A stretch of DNA of 63,668 bases, counting the filler, from Octopus bimaculoides (Eukaryota): NCBI RefSeq assembly GCF_001194135.2. It is 7 parts of 7 records of this genome, joined end to end, with 100 filler letters (N's around TTAATTAATTAA, not from the genome) between each part and the next. Parts side by side here need not be neighbours in the genome. Positions count along the whole stretch, not along the records: positions 48,220 to 54,118 come from NW_026350718.1; positions 54,219 to 61,726 come from NC_068983.1; positions 61,827 to 63,668 come from NW_026340041.1; 4 more parts are not named here. The stretch is one strand, 5' to 3'. The position numbers were made by a program, and so were the translations under genes. This document shows positions 52,297 to 63,668 of the stretch, in pieces. Positions within the stretch are counted from its first letter, which is position 1. The number at the start of each line of letters is the position of its first letter. Below the pieces are notes generated by a model, which had not been told where the DNA came from, made no database searches, and saw only the letters and a list, made by a program, of their open reading frames with translations.

Positions 52297-53517
52297 GTAT
52301 ATGTACACACACATAGGTATATAAGTATATATATATACCATATTGGAAAATGACTACAGAAATGCATTTTTATATATATTTTTGATCCATGCCTATGACA
52401 AAATGAACTTAGCAATGTTTAGATACCTCACTCATTGATTCATCACAATATTTCATTATTCTTAATCTATATTCAACTTTGGAACAACAGAGCCTAAAAA
52501 AGCCAAGAAACCCAGACAGTGGGACATTTTTGTGCCAACTGGAATTGAACCTGGTTAACTTGGTTTTCATATTTGTCTCCTTTTATGTAAAATTTTTCTA
52601 AACTAACCAGCTGTAAAGATGTAAACACAATTTCTTCTTCTTCCTTTCTTCCTTCTTTCTTTCCTTCTCTTTCCCATTGACACTCCTTTCAGCTACACAG
52701 GCACACACACACACACACACATACACACACACAAAAACACACACACAAAAACACACACACACACAAAAACACACACACATACACAAAAACACACATACAC
52801 AAACAAAAACACACAGACACACTCTCTCTCTCTCTTTCTCCCCATTCCTCCCCCTCTTTTGCTAACCTATATATCTCTCTCCACCCCTACCCATTCAATA
52901 ATATTATAAAAAGAGACAAATCCTCTCAAGAAAAATTAAATCTGGAGAGTCTACTGGAATAGATGCAAGAGCTAATATATGATTTATAAAAACATGTGAC
53001 ATATTAATAAAAATCTGTAAATGTACAACCATCCAGATATCTGAGTACCTTATTATTTTTTCTAATATATAATTCCTGTACATCATCTCCAAACCTTCTA
53101 ATATATATATATNNNNNNNNNNNNNNNNNNNNNNNNNNNNNNNNNNNNNNNNNNNNNNNNNNNNNNNNNNNNNNNNNNNNNNNNNNNNNNNNNNNNNNNN
53201 NNNNNNNNNNNNNNNNNNNNNNNNNNNNNNNNNNNNNNNNNNNNNNNNNNNNNNNNNNNNNNNNNNNNNNNNNNNNNNNNNNNNNNNNNNNNNNNNNNNN
53301 NNNNNNNNNNNNNNNNNNNNNNNNNNNNNNNNNNNNNNNNNNNNNNNNNNNNNNNNNNNNNNNNNNNNNNNNNNNNNNNNNNNNNNNNNNNNNNNNNNNN
53401 NNNNNNNNNNNNNNNNNNNNNNNNNNNNNNNNNNNNNNNNNNNNNNNNNNNNGGAGGTGATGTACAGGAATTATATATTAGAAAAAATAATAATTATTAT
53501 TATTAATAATTATTATT

Positions 53518-53580
<63 letters not shown>

Positions 53581-53922
53581 GTGTGTGTGTGTGTGTGTAT
53601 TGGCTTCGCTTCGCTGACGAAGATTAGGAAGGCTGTTGTCCATGATGTCTGCACACTCGTTGGTGGCTGATAAGGCCGATGTTGGATCGACATATCCAAT
53701 TGCAAGAATGATAGAGGTATGGTTGTCCGGGATCTCATGATGCAGCAGCATAATTCTTTTGCCTTTAATGTTTGTCTTCAAGAGAGGCACTGCGAGAGAT
53801 CTCAAAGGAGGAAACAACATCGCTGATGGTATGCAACCAAGTAACACGGTCAGCTGTTTGAGTGGACCACTCACAATAATCAATGTCACAGACGCTAAGG
53901 GACTGTTAAAGTCTGTCATACC

Positions 53923-53962
53923 GGCCATGACGAAGGGAAATAGCCCTGAAACTCGAGTCGCC
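53923..53962 (+). ncRNA. Minimal type-I hammerhead ribozyme-like motif (one extra A in the core)
   Basis: GGC-C(A)TGACGA-AGGG[AAATAG]CCCT-GAAAC-TCGA-GTC-GCC: stem I GGC/GCC, 4-bp stem II, palindromic stem III ACTCGAGT, GUC cleavage triplet. Confidence 0.65.
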
Positions 53963-54218
53963 TTTATATATTTATATTTATATTTATATATTTATATATT
54001 TGATCCTTTATATTGAACACTCAATATTTCATCTACATTCAATACTTTCTTTCATGGTGCCATCCATTTTTATTTTATTTTATTTTATATTGTATATTGT
54101 ATATCATATTATATATTGNNNNNNNNNNNNNNNNNNNNNNNNNNNNNNNNNNNNNNNNNNNNTTAATTAATTAANNNNNNNNNNNNNNNNNNNNNNNNNN
54201 NNNNNNNNNNNNNNNNNN

Positions 54219-54660
54219 CTGGTCCGTAGTACCTTCTCCTCTTCCTCCCCACCCCCACCCGGCTCCTTCCCGTGCTCCAGATCCCGCTGTCACACCTGCC
54301 CCTTCATCACCAACACTACCTCTGTCACAGGGTCTAACCTACACACTCTCCGCATTCCACACAGTTTCTCTTGCACCTCCTCTAACCTAGTCTACTGCAT
54401 CAGATGCAACTTATGTGACAAGCTATACGTGGGTCAGACAGGCCGCCGACTGGCCGACCGTTTCACCGAATACCTAAGGGACGTTCGGCGAGGTTCGGAC
54501 TCCCCCGTCGCCCGTCATTTCCACTTGGCCAACCACTCCCCCTCTAACATCTCCGTTTTTGGCCTCGCTCTGCACCATGGATCCACTCCCTCGCGACTCC
54601 ACCTGGAACAGCGCTATATTTTCAACTTACGAACAGCTTTCCCCTTCGGACTCAACACAG
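54219..54660 (+). mobile_element. Penelope-like element GIY-YIG endonuclease region (Neptune/Poseidon-like)
   Basis: CHTCPFI...FSCTSSNLVYCIRCNLCDKLYVGQTGRRLADRFTEYLRDV...PVARHF...NHS...EQRYIFNLRTAFPFGLN (GIY-YIG with CCHH-type residues; first His replaced by Tyr). Confidence 0.9.
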
Positions 54661-54829
54661 CCCCTCCTCCTTATGACTGTCTCCTCTACAACAAAGCAAC
54701 ACTTTTTTCATTTTTTTTCTTTTTTCTTTGTTTTTTATATTAATCCCCCTTACCCTTTATCCACTTTACTTTATTTCAATTATTCACCATTCTATTACAA
54801 TTATTCACAATTTAGTTCATCTCTTCCTA

Positions 54830-55455
54830 CACGTACACATACCCACACGAAAAATACACGCACCAGACACACACATGTACACACACACACACACACACAC
54901 CCACACACACCACACACACACACAACACACATGCATGCACTTACACGCTCAGATTCGTCCACACACTTATACAAACGCACATACACACGCACACTTGTGC
55001 ATACACACACACGCAAACAAACACGCATACATACACATACACACACACCTATGCGCACACACCCATGCACACATAACCCATATATACCACCATTCACACC
55101 TACCTCCCACACACCTGACAACCCATACATACCCCCATTCACACATACGCGCACGCACAAAAATATATACACACACACGCATACAGGCACACACATACAG
55201 ACACACATATACACAAACGCGCACACACGCACTCGTACCTAACACTCACAATCCACACATACGCGCGCGCGCGCACACATACACATACGCACATACACAC
55301 GCGTACACACATAAACACATGCACACACATACACACGCATACACACACATACTCGCACACACACACACACACCTCTCACAAACACAACACACTCACACAG
55401 ACACGCATACAATTACACACACATGGGCATAAACAACACATGCACATGCACGCAC
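54830..55455. repeat. Degenerate (CA)n-rich low-complexity tract
   Basis: Directly visible; source of the His/Thr-rich ORFs. Confidence 0.9.
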
Positions 55456-55700
55456 GTACAGAAGCAAACTTTTCCTCCAACCTTTCCATTTTGAGGCCTT
55501 GGTGAAACCCGAGGGCAGTGACTATGAGCAAACTTTTATCTCCCAATAGTAATCTAGTTGATATTTTTCGCTTTTTTTAAAAATATTTTTTATTTTAGGA
55601 TGGGATATTGCGTTTTCTTTTCATTTTATGCAATCTGTCAAATTTAACCCGAATACCCTGCATATGCATGTATATATATATAAACATATATCTATACATA

Positions 55701-56592
55701 CAAGGGGGTACCCCAAAATAACCAGAAACATTCTCTGTGAGACAAGACGGGCTTGTCTCACAGAGACGTGACCCTCGGGTAATAATGAACAGAGGAGAAG
55801 AACTACAAAACAAAGATGCACCAAGTGACAGTAAAATTACACCCTCCAATTTTACTGCCGCATGGTGTGTCTTTGTTTTGCAGTGCTTCTCCTATGTTCA
55901 TCAATTTTTGTGATCATTGAAATGAAGGAACAGCATGCTTCCATGAAATTCTGTTTTCTGTTGGGGAAAAAGACAGCTGAAACAGTTGCCATACTTCAAA
56001 CAAAGATACTGCCATGAGCAAAATACAAGTTTACATGCAGTTTACATGTTTTAGGAATGGTCACCAACCTCGTTCAGGATGACCGTCGAGCTCCCAAACA
56101 AATAAAAACGTTATGAAAACTGATCTTGAGGGACTGTCACAGAACAATTAACGAACTTGTTGATATGATTGTTGTGTCCTGAAAATGCTGCCAGTGAATT
56201 TTGAGTGAGGAATTGTGAATGAAAAGAGTTGCAGTAAAATTTGTGCCTCGCTTGCTCACGGAAGATCAAGAGCAGTTACGACTGAAACCGTGTCGTGAAC
56301 TGAAAGAACAGTCGGAAGTTGACCAAGACCTTTTTTTGAAGGTCATCACTGGTGACGAAAGATGGTGCTACAGAATTTGCAGATGTGGAAGAGGTGAAGA
56401 AAAAAACGACAGAGATGTTAAAAGTATCACTTCGCAAGACTTCCAGCACTGCTTAGAATAGTGGAAAAGGCACTTGGACCAATACATTGCTTCGAAGGGA
56501 GAATACTTTAAAAGCAATAAAAGTGTGAACATGTAAAACCAAGTGAATAAGATAACACTGCAAAATTCTGATTTCTTTTGGGTACCCCCTTG
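55701..56592 (+). mobile_element. Internally deleted mariner with both TIRs and TA target duplication (892 bp)
   Basis: TA|caagggggtaccccaaaa...ttttgggtacccccttg|TA. Peptides KEQHASMKFCFLLGK, RVAVKFVPRLLTEDQ (WVPxxL-like), KVITGDERWCY, FADVEEVKKK...FQHCLE*WK...GEYF. Confidence 0.92.
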
Positions 56593-57769
56593 TATATACA
56601 TATAAACATATACAAGTACATACTTATACATACACACATATACTTATACTTATACATACACACATATACAAAAGATTTATTTGACATTTCATGTTGCAAG
56701 TGCAACTCCTTTAAAAACTGCAGTTGTAGTAGACACAAAAATGTACCACAGAGAGAAAAAGATTTTTTAGAGGACCAACAGACAAATCGAAAAATGGTCA
56801 TTGATGGAATAGATCAATCAGTATCTAAACAGAACGTTCAGAGGCTGATTAGAAACAATCGGCCAGATCACAATCGCCCTTCTACGTCAGCAAAGGAAAG
56901 TTTAAGATTTTCGGCTTAACTGACTCAATCGTAACACAAGGGATGGATGCCTTTTGCCAAAGAAGAATTATCTTTTCTGCTACAATCTTGACAATTTGTT
57001 CAATTTATTTTAATGGGTGTGTAATCTAGACCTCATGAAACACATATATTCGGTGACCTAGTATTAAAAATAATAAAACAAAGTCGAAGAGTCTATTTAT
57101 TTCACATAATTTCGACATTTTAGGTGAGTTGCGGAGCCTGAAGATATAAATTTTAGAGCTTGAGATTTTAACACTCTTGTTTTCCAAGAATTTCGCAAAA
57201 GAAAATCGATTCGTAACAATGAATGTAAAAAAATGAAATGAGGAACGGCAAACGTGTTATAAAGTGATATTTCGATCATTATTCAAAATTTCAAGTGAGC
57301 TGCGGAGCCTGAAGATGTAAATTTAAGAACTTCAGATTTTAACAGTTGTGTTTAAAGGATTTTACAATAAAAAATATATTCTTGAAAACATATTTTGAAA
57401 ATCTGTGTAAAAAGTACTTTTTCGTTCCACCCTAATATGTATGTAAAATACAGTATTGAAAATCCGTACACGGGAGGTAAGTCTATCAAGGGACGTAACT
57501 TCAGTAACACTTATAAAAATAAAAAGTAAACTGGATAAAACATTTTTACAATTGTTTTAATTTATATATATATATATATATATTTATTTTCTACAGTTTG
57601 AAGTTTGTATAAAATATCAATGTGTGAGAAAAACTGAGTGGGATCATGAGTCCAGTAATTTGCTGGTAAATAGTTAGATTATCTAACACGTCCTTCCTTC
57701 CTTTAAAACAGTAACGTATAATTTGATTACTTCTAACACAGGTCCAATAGTCACATAAACCCTACCCTG

Positions 57770-57920
57770 TCAGCGCGCGCGCGTGTTTAAGAGCGAGAGA
57801 GAGAGGGAGCGAAATCAATGTACCCGTTCCATGTTTTATGTACATTACTGAATCACGTGACCAGACATGGCTTGTAGTTTGTTTTGACGTGTCGAAATTG
57901 TTCGGCTGAAGAGGAAATAA
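57770..57920 (+). promoter_or_regulatory. Probable COG7 promoter region
   Basis: CpG-enriched patch (gcgcgcgcgcg) and E-box TCACGTGA at 57853-57860, about 170 bp upstream of the proposed start ATG. The TSS was not determined. Confidence 0.4.
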
Positions 57921-58031
57921 TCTATTTATTAAAATTTAATGTGTCTTATATTGTAATTTTATACTGTTTAGTGTGTCTTACATTACAATGTATTAAAGTA
58001 GCTGACAAAGATATTTATTTCAACCTTCAAC

Positions 58032-58034
58032 ATG
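58032..58034 (+). CDS. COG7: Proposed COG7 start codon at the end of the first coding exon (ATG|gtaaat)
   Basis: ttcaacATG is followed by a GT donor. A phase-0 join to 60071 gives M-DYSKF, matching the known COG7 start MDFSKF. Inferred; no transcript evidence. Confidence 0.6.
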
Positions 58035-58144
58035 GTAAATAACTTTAATTTCTTGTAATTTCTCAGTCTTATTTTTCTTTTTACATTTTCTCACCTTCAG
58101 GACAGAAACAAAATATCACATTCATGTTCTGAAGTATTGATGTC

Positions 58145-58400
58145 ATCGTTGTTGTTTAATCCCTAGACATTCCAGCCATGACTATTCCATTGTGGTCGTT
58201 TTAAGACAGTGGAGTCTCATTTGCGGTTATTGTTTAAGCTGTAGGTCAGCCCTGACTAATTAAATTTTACAATCAAAGGCGTTCCTCTCATAACCACTCT
58301 ATGTTATTGGATATCGGGAACGACAGCGAACAATGCCTTTCTTCTAGCAACATTACTGTACTATTTTAGAGAATGTGGCTGCTATTTTTAGCATGTAGCT
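58145..58400 (-). mobile_element. Degenerate SINE family E fragments in COG7 intron
   Basis: gttgttgtttaatccc, ttttaagacag, ggtcagccctga and ggctgctattt blocks shared with other copies. Confidence 0.45.
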
Positions 58401-60070
58401 AGTCTTTTTTCACAAAAGGTCATCCCAAGACAGAATAGCCGTGGCATATAGATACTTTTAATAGAACACTTGATAGTGAGAAATAGTTTAACTGTTTTCC
58501 GTAAACGTCATTTCACACACATTTGTTGTCATCTTATACAAACTTATTCCAAAAACTTTACATAGATTGTAGTTCCATAAGATTTTAGTATTCGTAGGTT
58601 TCAAAGGTCCTCAAATTTTTATCGTCTACGGGCATGACCGTTTAAGAAGTTTATTTCACAAACACATGGTTTCAAGTTCAGCATCTTCTATAGACCCGAG
58701 TTGACCAAAGCTCTGTAAATGAATTTCGTGTGTTTCCTTGACTTGACATTACGCGCTGGTTGTAAACAAACATCGCCGTCAAACTAGTGAAGTCTTTCTT
58801 GGTAGCATGCCCGGCTGATGTATTGTTCTTGTTTGAAGAACTACGGAAAATATTACCATGCTTGTAAGCAGTTGAGAGTTGGTAACAGGAGGAGCATCCA
58901 TCCATTTGAAAATTTATCTTAGTCATTTCGTCTGGCTCATGCAGACATGGAAATGTGGATGCTAATACGATGATGATGATAATGAGCCGCTATTTTTATT
59001 TTGTTTGATAAACACTGCAATCCTATCCTACTCTCAGCTACTGACATGTGTGGTTGCTTGCCCCTTTTCACAATATTAGTCAATGGTCCAAAACTTTCGT
59101 TAATTTATCACTTATCAATACCAGTTTTTGATGTGCTCTGTGTATGACTTCAAGAGCTGACCACCTCGGTGAAATGAGGACACTAATAAAGCTATATCTC
59201 AAGCTAAGTATTTGCTTTTAAACTCAGTTATAGGATAGACAAATTATAGCTTCCATTTCTTTTCTTATTTTTCCAAAATCTATGTTGACAAACTCTACTG
59301 AAACCGAGACAATATCGGAAGTTCCTAGTTTCAATGAAGAAGGGTCAACATTAAATTATATTCAATTTTGTTTCTCAGCTTTTTACTAATATTAATGTAT
59401 TAGAAACAAAATGTGAATGCATATAAGGAAAAGAGAAAAGTCAGTCAAAAGTAACTAATATTCATTTATATGCATCTGATATCTGCATTCCTCTACTTGT
59501 TATTTGTTTCCTATCATCTAATATAGTCTGGAGGGAAGGAACTGTACCTATGGCCTTCACTAGCTCTTCAAGACCAGATTATAATGATAAAAATGAAAAG
59601 GATAAGATGAGTATGGCTGGAATATAATTTGATTGGAGGTCTGCTCAATGGTGGATAACCTGAGGTCAAACAACATTGTTTTAAAAAAAAGATTATTTTT
59701 AATATCAACCCACCTTAGACTGTCCTTCATTCTATGATACAAAAGTTGTCCACTTGAAGGTGTTTCTATATAAATCATGTTACATTTCACAAAATTGTAT
59801 AATAATAAAGTTACTTATTTTGTTAAATCCTTCACAATTTTTGATAATTTTCAAAAGAAACTGAAGTATTTTTTTTTAGAAATACAATTACAAAATGGTT
59901 GAATATGTTTTCTGTTTAATGTGATGTTAAGCTTTGAAAAAAAAAAAGCCTCTTGGAAAAATACATCTGAAAATTATTTTCTGAAGTTGCTTGCTGTATA
60001 GTGTTAACTTAACATCAGGAATCTGAAATGATACCTGCTAAATTCTTATGTAAATATTCCCTTTTTTCAG

Positions 60071-60163
60071 GATTATTCAAAATTTTTAGATGAGAATTTT
60101 GATGTGAAGGAATGGGTAAATGGAGCCTTCAGGTCCCATAAAGATGCTGCAGTCAGTAAAGAT
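60071..60163 (+). CDS. COG7: Conserved oligomeric Golgi complex subunit 7, coding exon (93 nt, phase 0/0)
   Basis: ttttttcag|...|gtaagt. Encodes DYSKFLDENFDVKEWVNGAFRSHKDAAVSKD, matching the vertebrate COG7 N-terminus as I recall it ([21 protein letters not shown]). Confidence 0.92.
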
Positions 60164-60419
60164 GTAAGTGGATTGATGTTAATAAAACTAACACAAACTT
60201 TAAAACAACTAAATCATAGTTTCAACTTAAAATTTGTATTCAACTTTCAGTATTTCATTGTGTTCATGACAAAAACATTTAAATCTGCAGAGCTTCAGCT
60301 CCATATATGAACCACATAAAATACCATTTATCCCCACTATGGTGGTTACCTGTATGTGAAAGGCTTCGTGTGAGATTGACTGTTACACAAAAACCATCAT
60401 TTTGGGTGTAACTTTTCCT

Positions 60420-60520
60420 GTGTGTTTAAGAAGTTTGCTGTGAAATCATGTGGCTCCATGTACCATCCAATGATATGACACATTAGGCAAATGTCTTCTA
60501 CATTAGCTTCAGGTCATTCC
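60420..60520 (+). mobile_element. Degenerate 5' part of SINE family A
   Basis: tttaagaagtttgct...acattaggcaaatgtcttctacattagc CORE-like block. Confidence 0.45.
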
Positions 60521-61109
60521 CAAATTGTGGGTGATAATTGAATTGACAGTAACTGTATCTATTCTTTGGTGATAGACTTCATCTGTCACCCTGTTTATCA
60601 TACTCTATTGAGTTCCCTCTGTTGCAAGCAATCATTCTAGGTCTCTGATCTGAGGAGATCTTGCTCCCTACCAGTCTTGGTGATTCTACAAAATGATCTT
60701 TAACTGCTTGCTGCTCTTTCTATTTTGATTAATCTTGGAATCAACTTGGATTTAATGACAGTACTAGCTTGATGGTTGGTGATGCATTCTTGTTTAAATA
60801 CTAGAGCTGGTTACCATTGTCCTCACCATATTCTCAGGAATGCCTGAACTCAGCTGCATCAGCTGATGAAGCAATCATGAATTAAATAGTACTCTCACTT
60901 CTCTGAGTGTTGAGCTGTACCTAACCACAGTACATGTTTAAAACTGAATTTGCTGGACCATAGTTAAATGCTTTTGCCATGAGCACAGCTCAGTGCTGGT
61001 AACTGGAAATGACTTCTTAACCTTTTGACTCATGCCTTGTTGACTGTGATTCTACAAGAAATATGTATTACTTAAAAGATGATGATAATTTTTACTTTTC
61101 TCTTTGCAG

Positions 61110-61154
61110 CAATATGCCACAAATTTAGTGATGAAATTACAGATGTTTATTCAA
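61110..61154 (+). CDS. COG7: COG7 coding exon (45 nt, phase 0/0)
   Basis: tttacttttctctttgcag|...|gtaagc. Encodes QYATNLVMKLQMFIQ, matching COG7 AATLVMKLQLFIQ. Downstream exons were not found in the window. Confidence 0.92.
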
Positions 61155-61439
61155 GTAAGCTCTCCATAATATTATTGTAGTTATAAATTTCCCATTGTGA
61201 CATGTGGAACTGTTTATCTGTCAGAGGAATTAATAAGAGATGGGAAGTTTACAATTAACTATTGAACTGTAAAACAGAGGTGGACATTTTTTGTCATGTT
61301 CAGAATTACAATTATTGCTATCACCATCATCATAATTGTCATTTTTATGCCCAATTTTTCCATGTTGACATGGGTTACACAATTGCTTGAGGTAGTATCT
61401 TGTAGTCAGATACTCCTCATGACGCCAGCCCAATTACTA

Positions 61440-61726
61440 TACACTGATGCCATATTTCTAGTGAGACAGCTGCAGGAGAAATACCTAGCCAAGGATAAAC
61501 CTCTGTACTTGGCCTTCGTTGACATGGAGAAAGCCTTTGACAGGGTCCCCCGATCCCTTATCTGGTGGTCAATGAGGAAACTTGGGATAGAAGAATGGTT
61601 AGTGAGAGCTGTGCGAGCCATGTACAGAGATGCTGCCAGTTTGGTGAGGGTTGGAAATGAGTACAGTAATGAATTCCGGGTAGAGGTAGGGGTCCACCAA
61701 GGTTCCGTCCTCAGCCCCCTCCTATT
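61440..61726 (+). mobile_element. RTE-clade LINE reverse transcriptase fragment, uninterrupted, within COG7 intron; truncated by linker gap
   Basis: TDAIFLVRQLQEKYLAKDKPLYLAFVDMEKAFDRVPR...LGIEEWLVRAVRAMY...VGVHQGSVLSPLL. Confidence 0.9.
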
Positions 61727-62105
61727 NNNNNNNNNNNNNNNNNNNNNNNNNNNNNNNNNNNNNNNNNNNNTTAATTAATTAANNNNNNNNNNNNNNNNNN
61801 NNNNNNNNNNNNNNNNNNNNNNNNNNGGGACACACGCACGTACGTACACACACACATAGGGTGTACAACAGGGATATGTTCTACATTCAAGACACAAATA
61901 CGGTTGGATACGACGGATATAATAGAATGAGTTGAAGATAATCGGTTAACAGATTATCCAGACAATTTGTAAGCAAAACCTCTCTCCTGGGATGTAAAAA
62001 TTTTAAAACAGCAAGGAGGAAAGATAATTCAAATATGACGCGAGACCTGTTAGGTGGAAAATGGAGAAATTTTAGATGAGAGTGGAATTGCTACTCTTAT
62101 ATACA

Positions 62106-62175
<70 letters not shown>

Positions 62176-62197
62176 ACGTACATACATACATACATAC

Positions 62198-62233
<36 letters not shown>

Positions 62234-62248
62234 GTAATATATAAATAT

Positions 62249-62326
62249 CGCTTGACAACTGATGCTGGTGTGTTTACGTCCCCGTAACTTAGCGCTTCGG
62301 CAAAAGAGACTGATAGAATAAGTACT
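62249..62326 (+). mobile_element. 3' part of SINE family A, cut by gap
   Basis: cgcttgacaactgatgctggtgtgtttacgtccccgtaacttagcgcttcggcaaaagagactgatagaataagtact. Confidence 0.75.
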
Positions 62327-62926
62327 NNNNNNNNNNNNNNNNNNNNNNNNNNNNNNNNNNNNNNNNNNNNNNNNNNNNNNNNNNNNNNNNNNNNNNNNNN
62401 NNNNNNNNNNNNNNNNNNNNNNNNNNNNNNNNNNNNNNNNNNNNNNNNNNNNNNNNNNNNNNNNNNNNNNNNNNNNNNNNNNNNNNNNNNNNNNNNNNNN
62501 NNNNNNNNNNNNNNNNNNNNNNNNNNNNNNNNNNNNNNNNNNNNNNNNNNNNNNNNNNNNNNNNNNNNNNNNNNNNNNNNNNNNNNNNNNNNNNNNNNNN
62601 NNNNNNNNNNNNNNNNNNNNNNNNNNNNNNNNNNNNNNNNNNNNNNNNNNNNNNNNNNNNNNNNNNNNNNNNNNNNNNNNNNNNNNNNNNNNNNNNNNNN
62701 NNNNNNNNNNNNNNNNNNNNNNNNNNNNNNNNNNNNNNNNNNNNNNNNNNNNNNNNNNNNNNNNNNNNNNNNNNNNNNNNNNNNNNNNNNNNNNNNNNNN
62801 NNNNNNNNNNNNNNNNNNNNNNNNNNNNNNNNNNNNNNNNNNNNNNNNNNNNNNNNNNNNNNNNNNNNNNNNNNNNNNNNNNNNNNNNNNNNNNNNNNNN
62901 NNNNNNNNNNNNNNNNNNNNNNNNNN

Positions 62927-62960
<34 letters not shown>

Positions 62961-62982
62961 ACGTACATACATACATACATAC

Positions 62983-63019
<37 letters not shown>

Positions 63020-63407
63020 TATCAAGAGATGTGTTGTGGCTGAATGTGGATGTACTCGAAGCAGAGAATTTGAGTTTACGGAGACGACTAGATTTCGTAA
63101 TGCAAGGAAACAGTTACATAACCAAACACCTGCAAGCTTGCAGAACTACGTTGCGTGGAAACAATTGTAGTGATTGCAAATAAATGTCAAACGGTACTCC
63201 TGCTTGTTGACTCCAACTTATCCAATTATATATATATGCGTGTGTATTTATTTGTGTGCATAAGTACATATCTATCTATCTATATGCATATAACAAAAAC
63301 GAGTGGAACATGTGGTACAATTATTTTTAATTCACTGTCACACGTATATCATTATTACATGGGAAGTATATTTTGGGAATATTGATATTAAAAGTAATAT
63401 CATGAGC

Positions 63408-63598
63408 AAGGCGGCGAGCTGCCATAATCATTTTGACGCCGGACAAAATGCTTATCGCCATTTCATTCGTCTTTTTGTTCTGAGTTCAAATTTCGCCTGG
63501 GTCGATTTTGCCTTTCATTCTTTCGGGGTCGATAAAGTAAGTATCAGATGCACACAGGGGTTGATGTAATCGGTTTAATCCCCTCCCTAAAACTGCTG
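63408..63598 (+). mobile_element. SINE family B copy
   Basis: aaggcggcgagctg...ttctgagttcaaatttcgcctgggtcgattttgcctttcattctttcggggtcgataaagtaagt. Confidence 0.8.
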
Positions 63599-63668
63599 TT
63601 TATATACGTATGCATGCAAGCACATAGGTATATATGTACGTATATCTATCTATCTATCTATCTATCTA

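Noticed and set aside
54559-55432. 227-234 aa His/Thr-rich ORFs
   Set aside because: Artefacts of degenerate (CA)n sequence.
58640-58960. Possible degenerate LINE fragment on the - strand (also 13740-14060)
   Set aside because: Only vague motif echoes; I could not align diagnostic residues.
63020-63150. Candidate next COG7 exon
   Set aside because: No frame matches the expected EVN..EE...QAL continuation, and it lies beyond a linker and a large gap.

Overview
Repeat-dominated, AT-rich animal genomic DNA with many N gaps and dense (TA)n/(CA)n/(GATA)n/(CAT)n microsatellites. The SINE families and repeat style suggest an octopus-type cephalopod, but this is inference from recalled repeat content, not a database match. 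The only host gene I can support is the 5' end of COG7 on the + strand: a likely ATG-only first coding exon at 58032-58034, then exons 60071-60163 and 61110-61154. The rest is decayed mobile DNA: a CR1-type LINE, an RTE LINE fragment, R4/Dong-like RLE-LINE fragments, two or three Penelope-like elements (PLEs), three mariner remnants, a Tc1 remnant and about five tRNA-derived SINE families. The most interesting unannotated signal is a dispersed set of minimal type-I hammerhead-ribozyme-like motifs (CUGANGA-stem II-GAAAC-short palindrome-GUH). One at 53923-53962 is near-canonical; several others occur as inverted (fold-back) pairs. Other signals are a SINE/LINE shared 3' hairpin tail and a cluster of nuclear-receptor half-sites including a perfect DR5. 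Six artificial 44N-TTAATTAATTAA-44N linkers mean neighbourhoods across them may not be real. I see no clear evidence of a wholly new biological system; the ribozyme-like set is the best lead.
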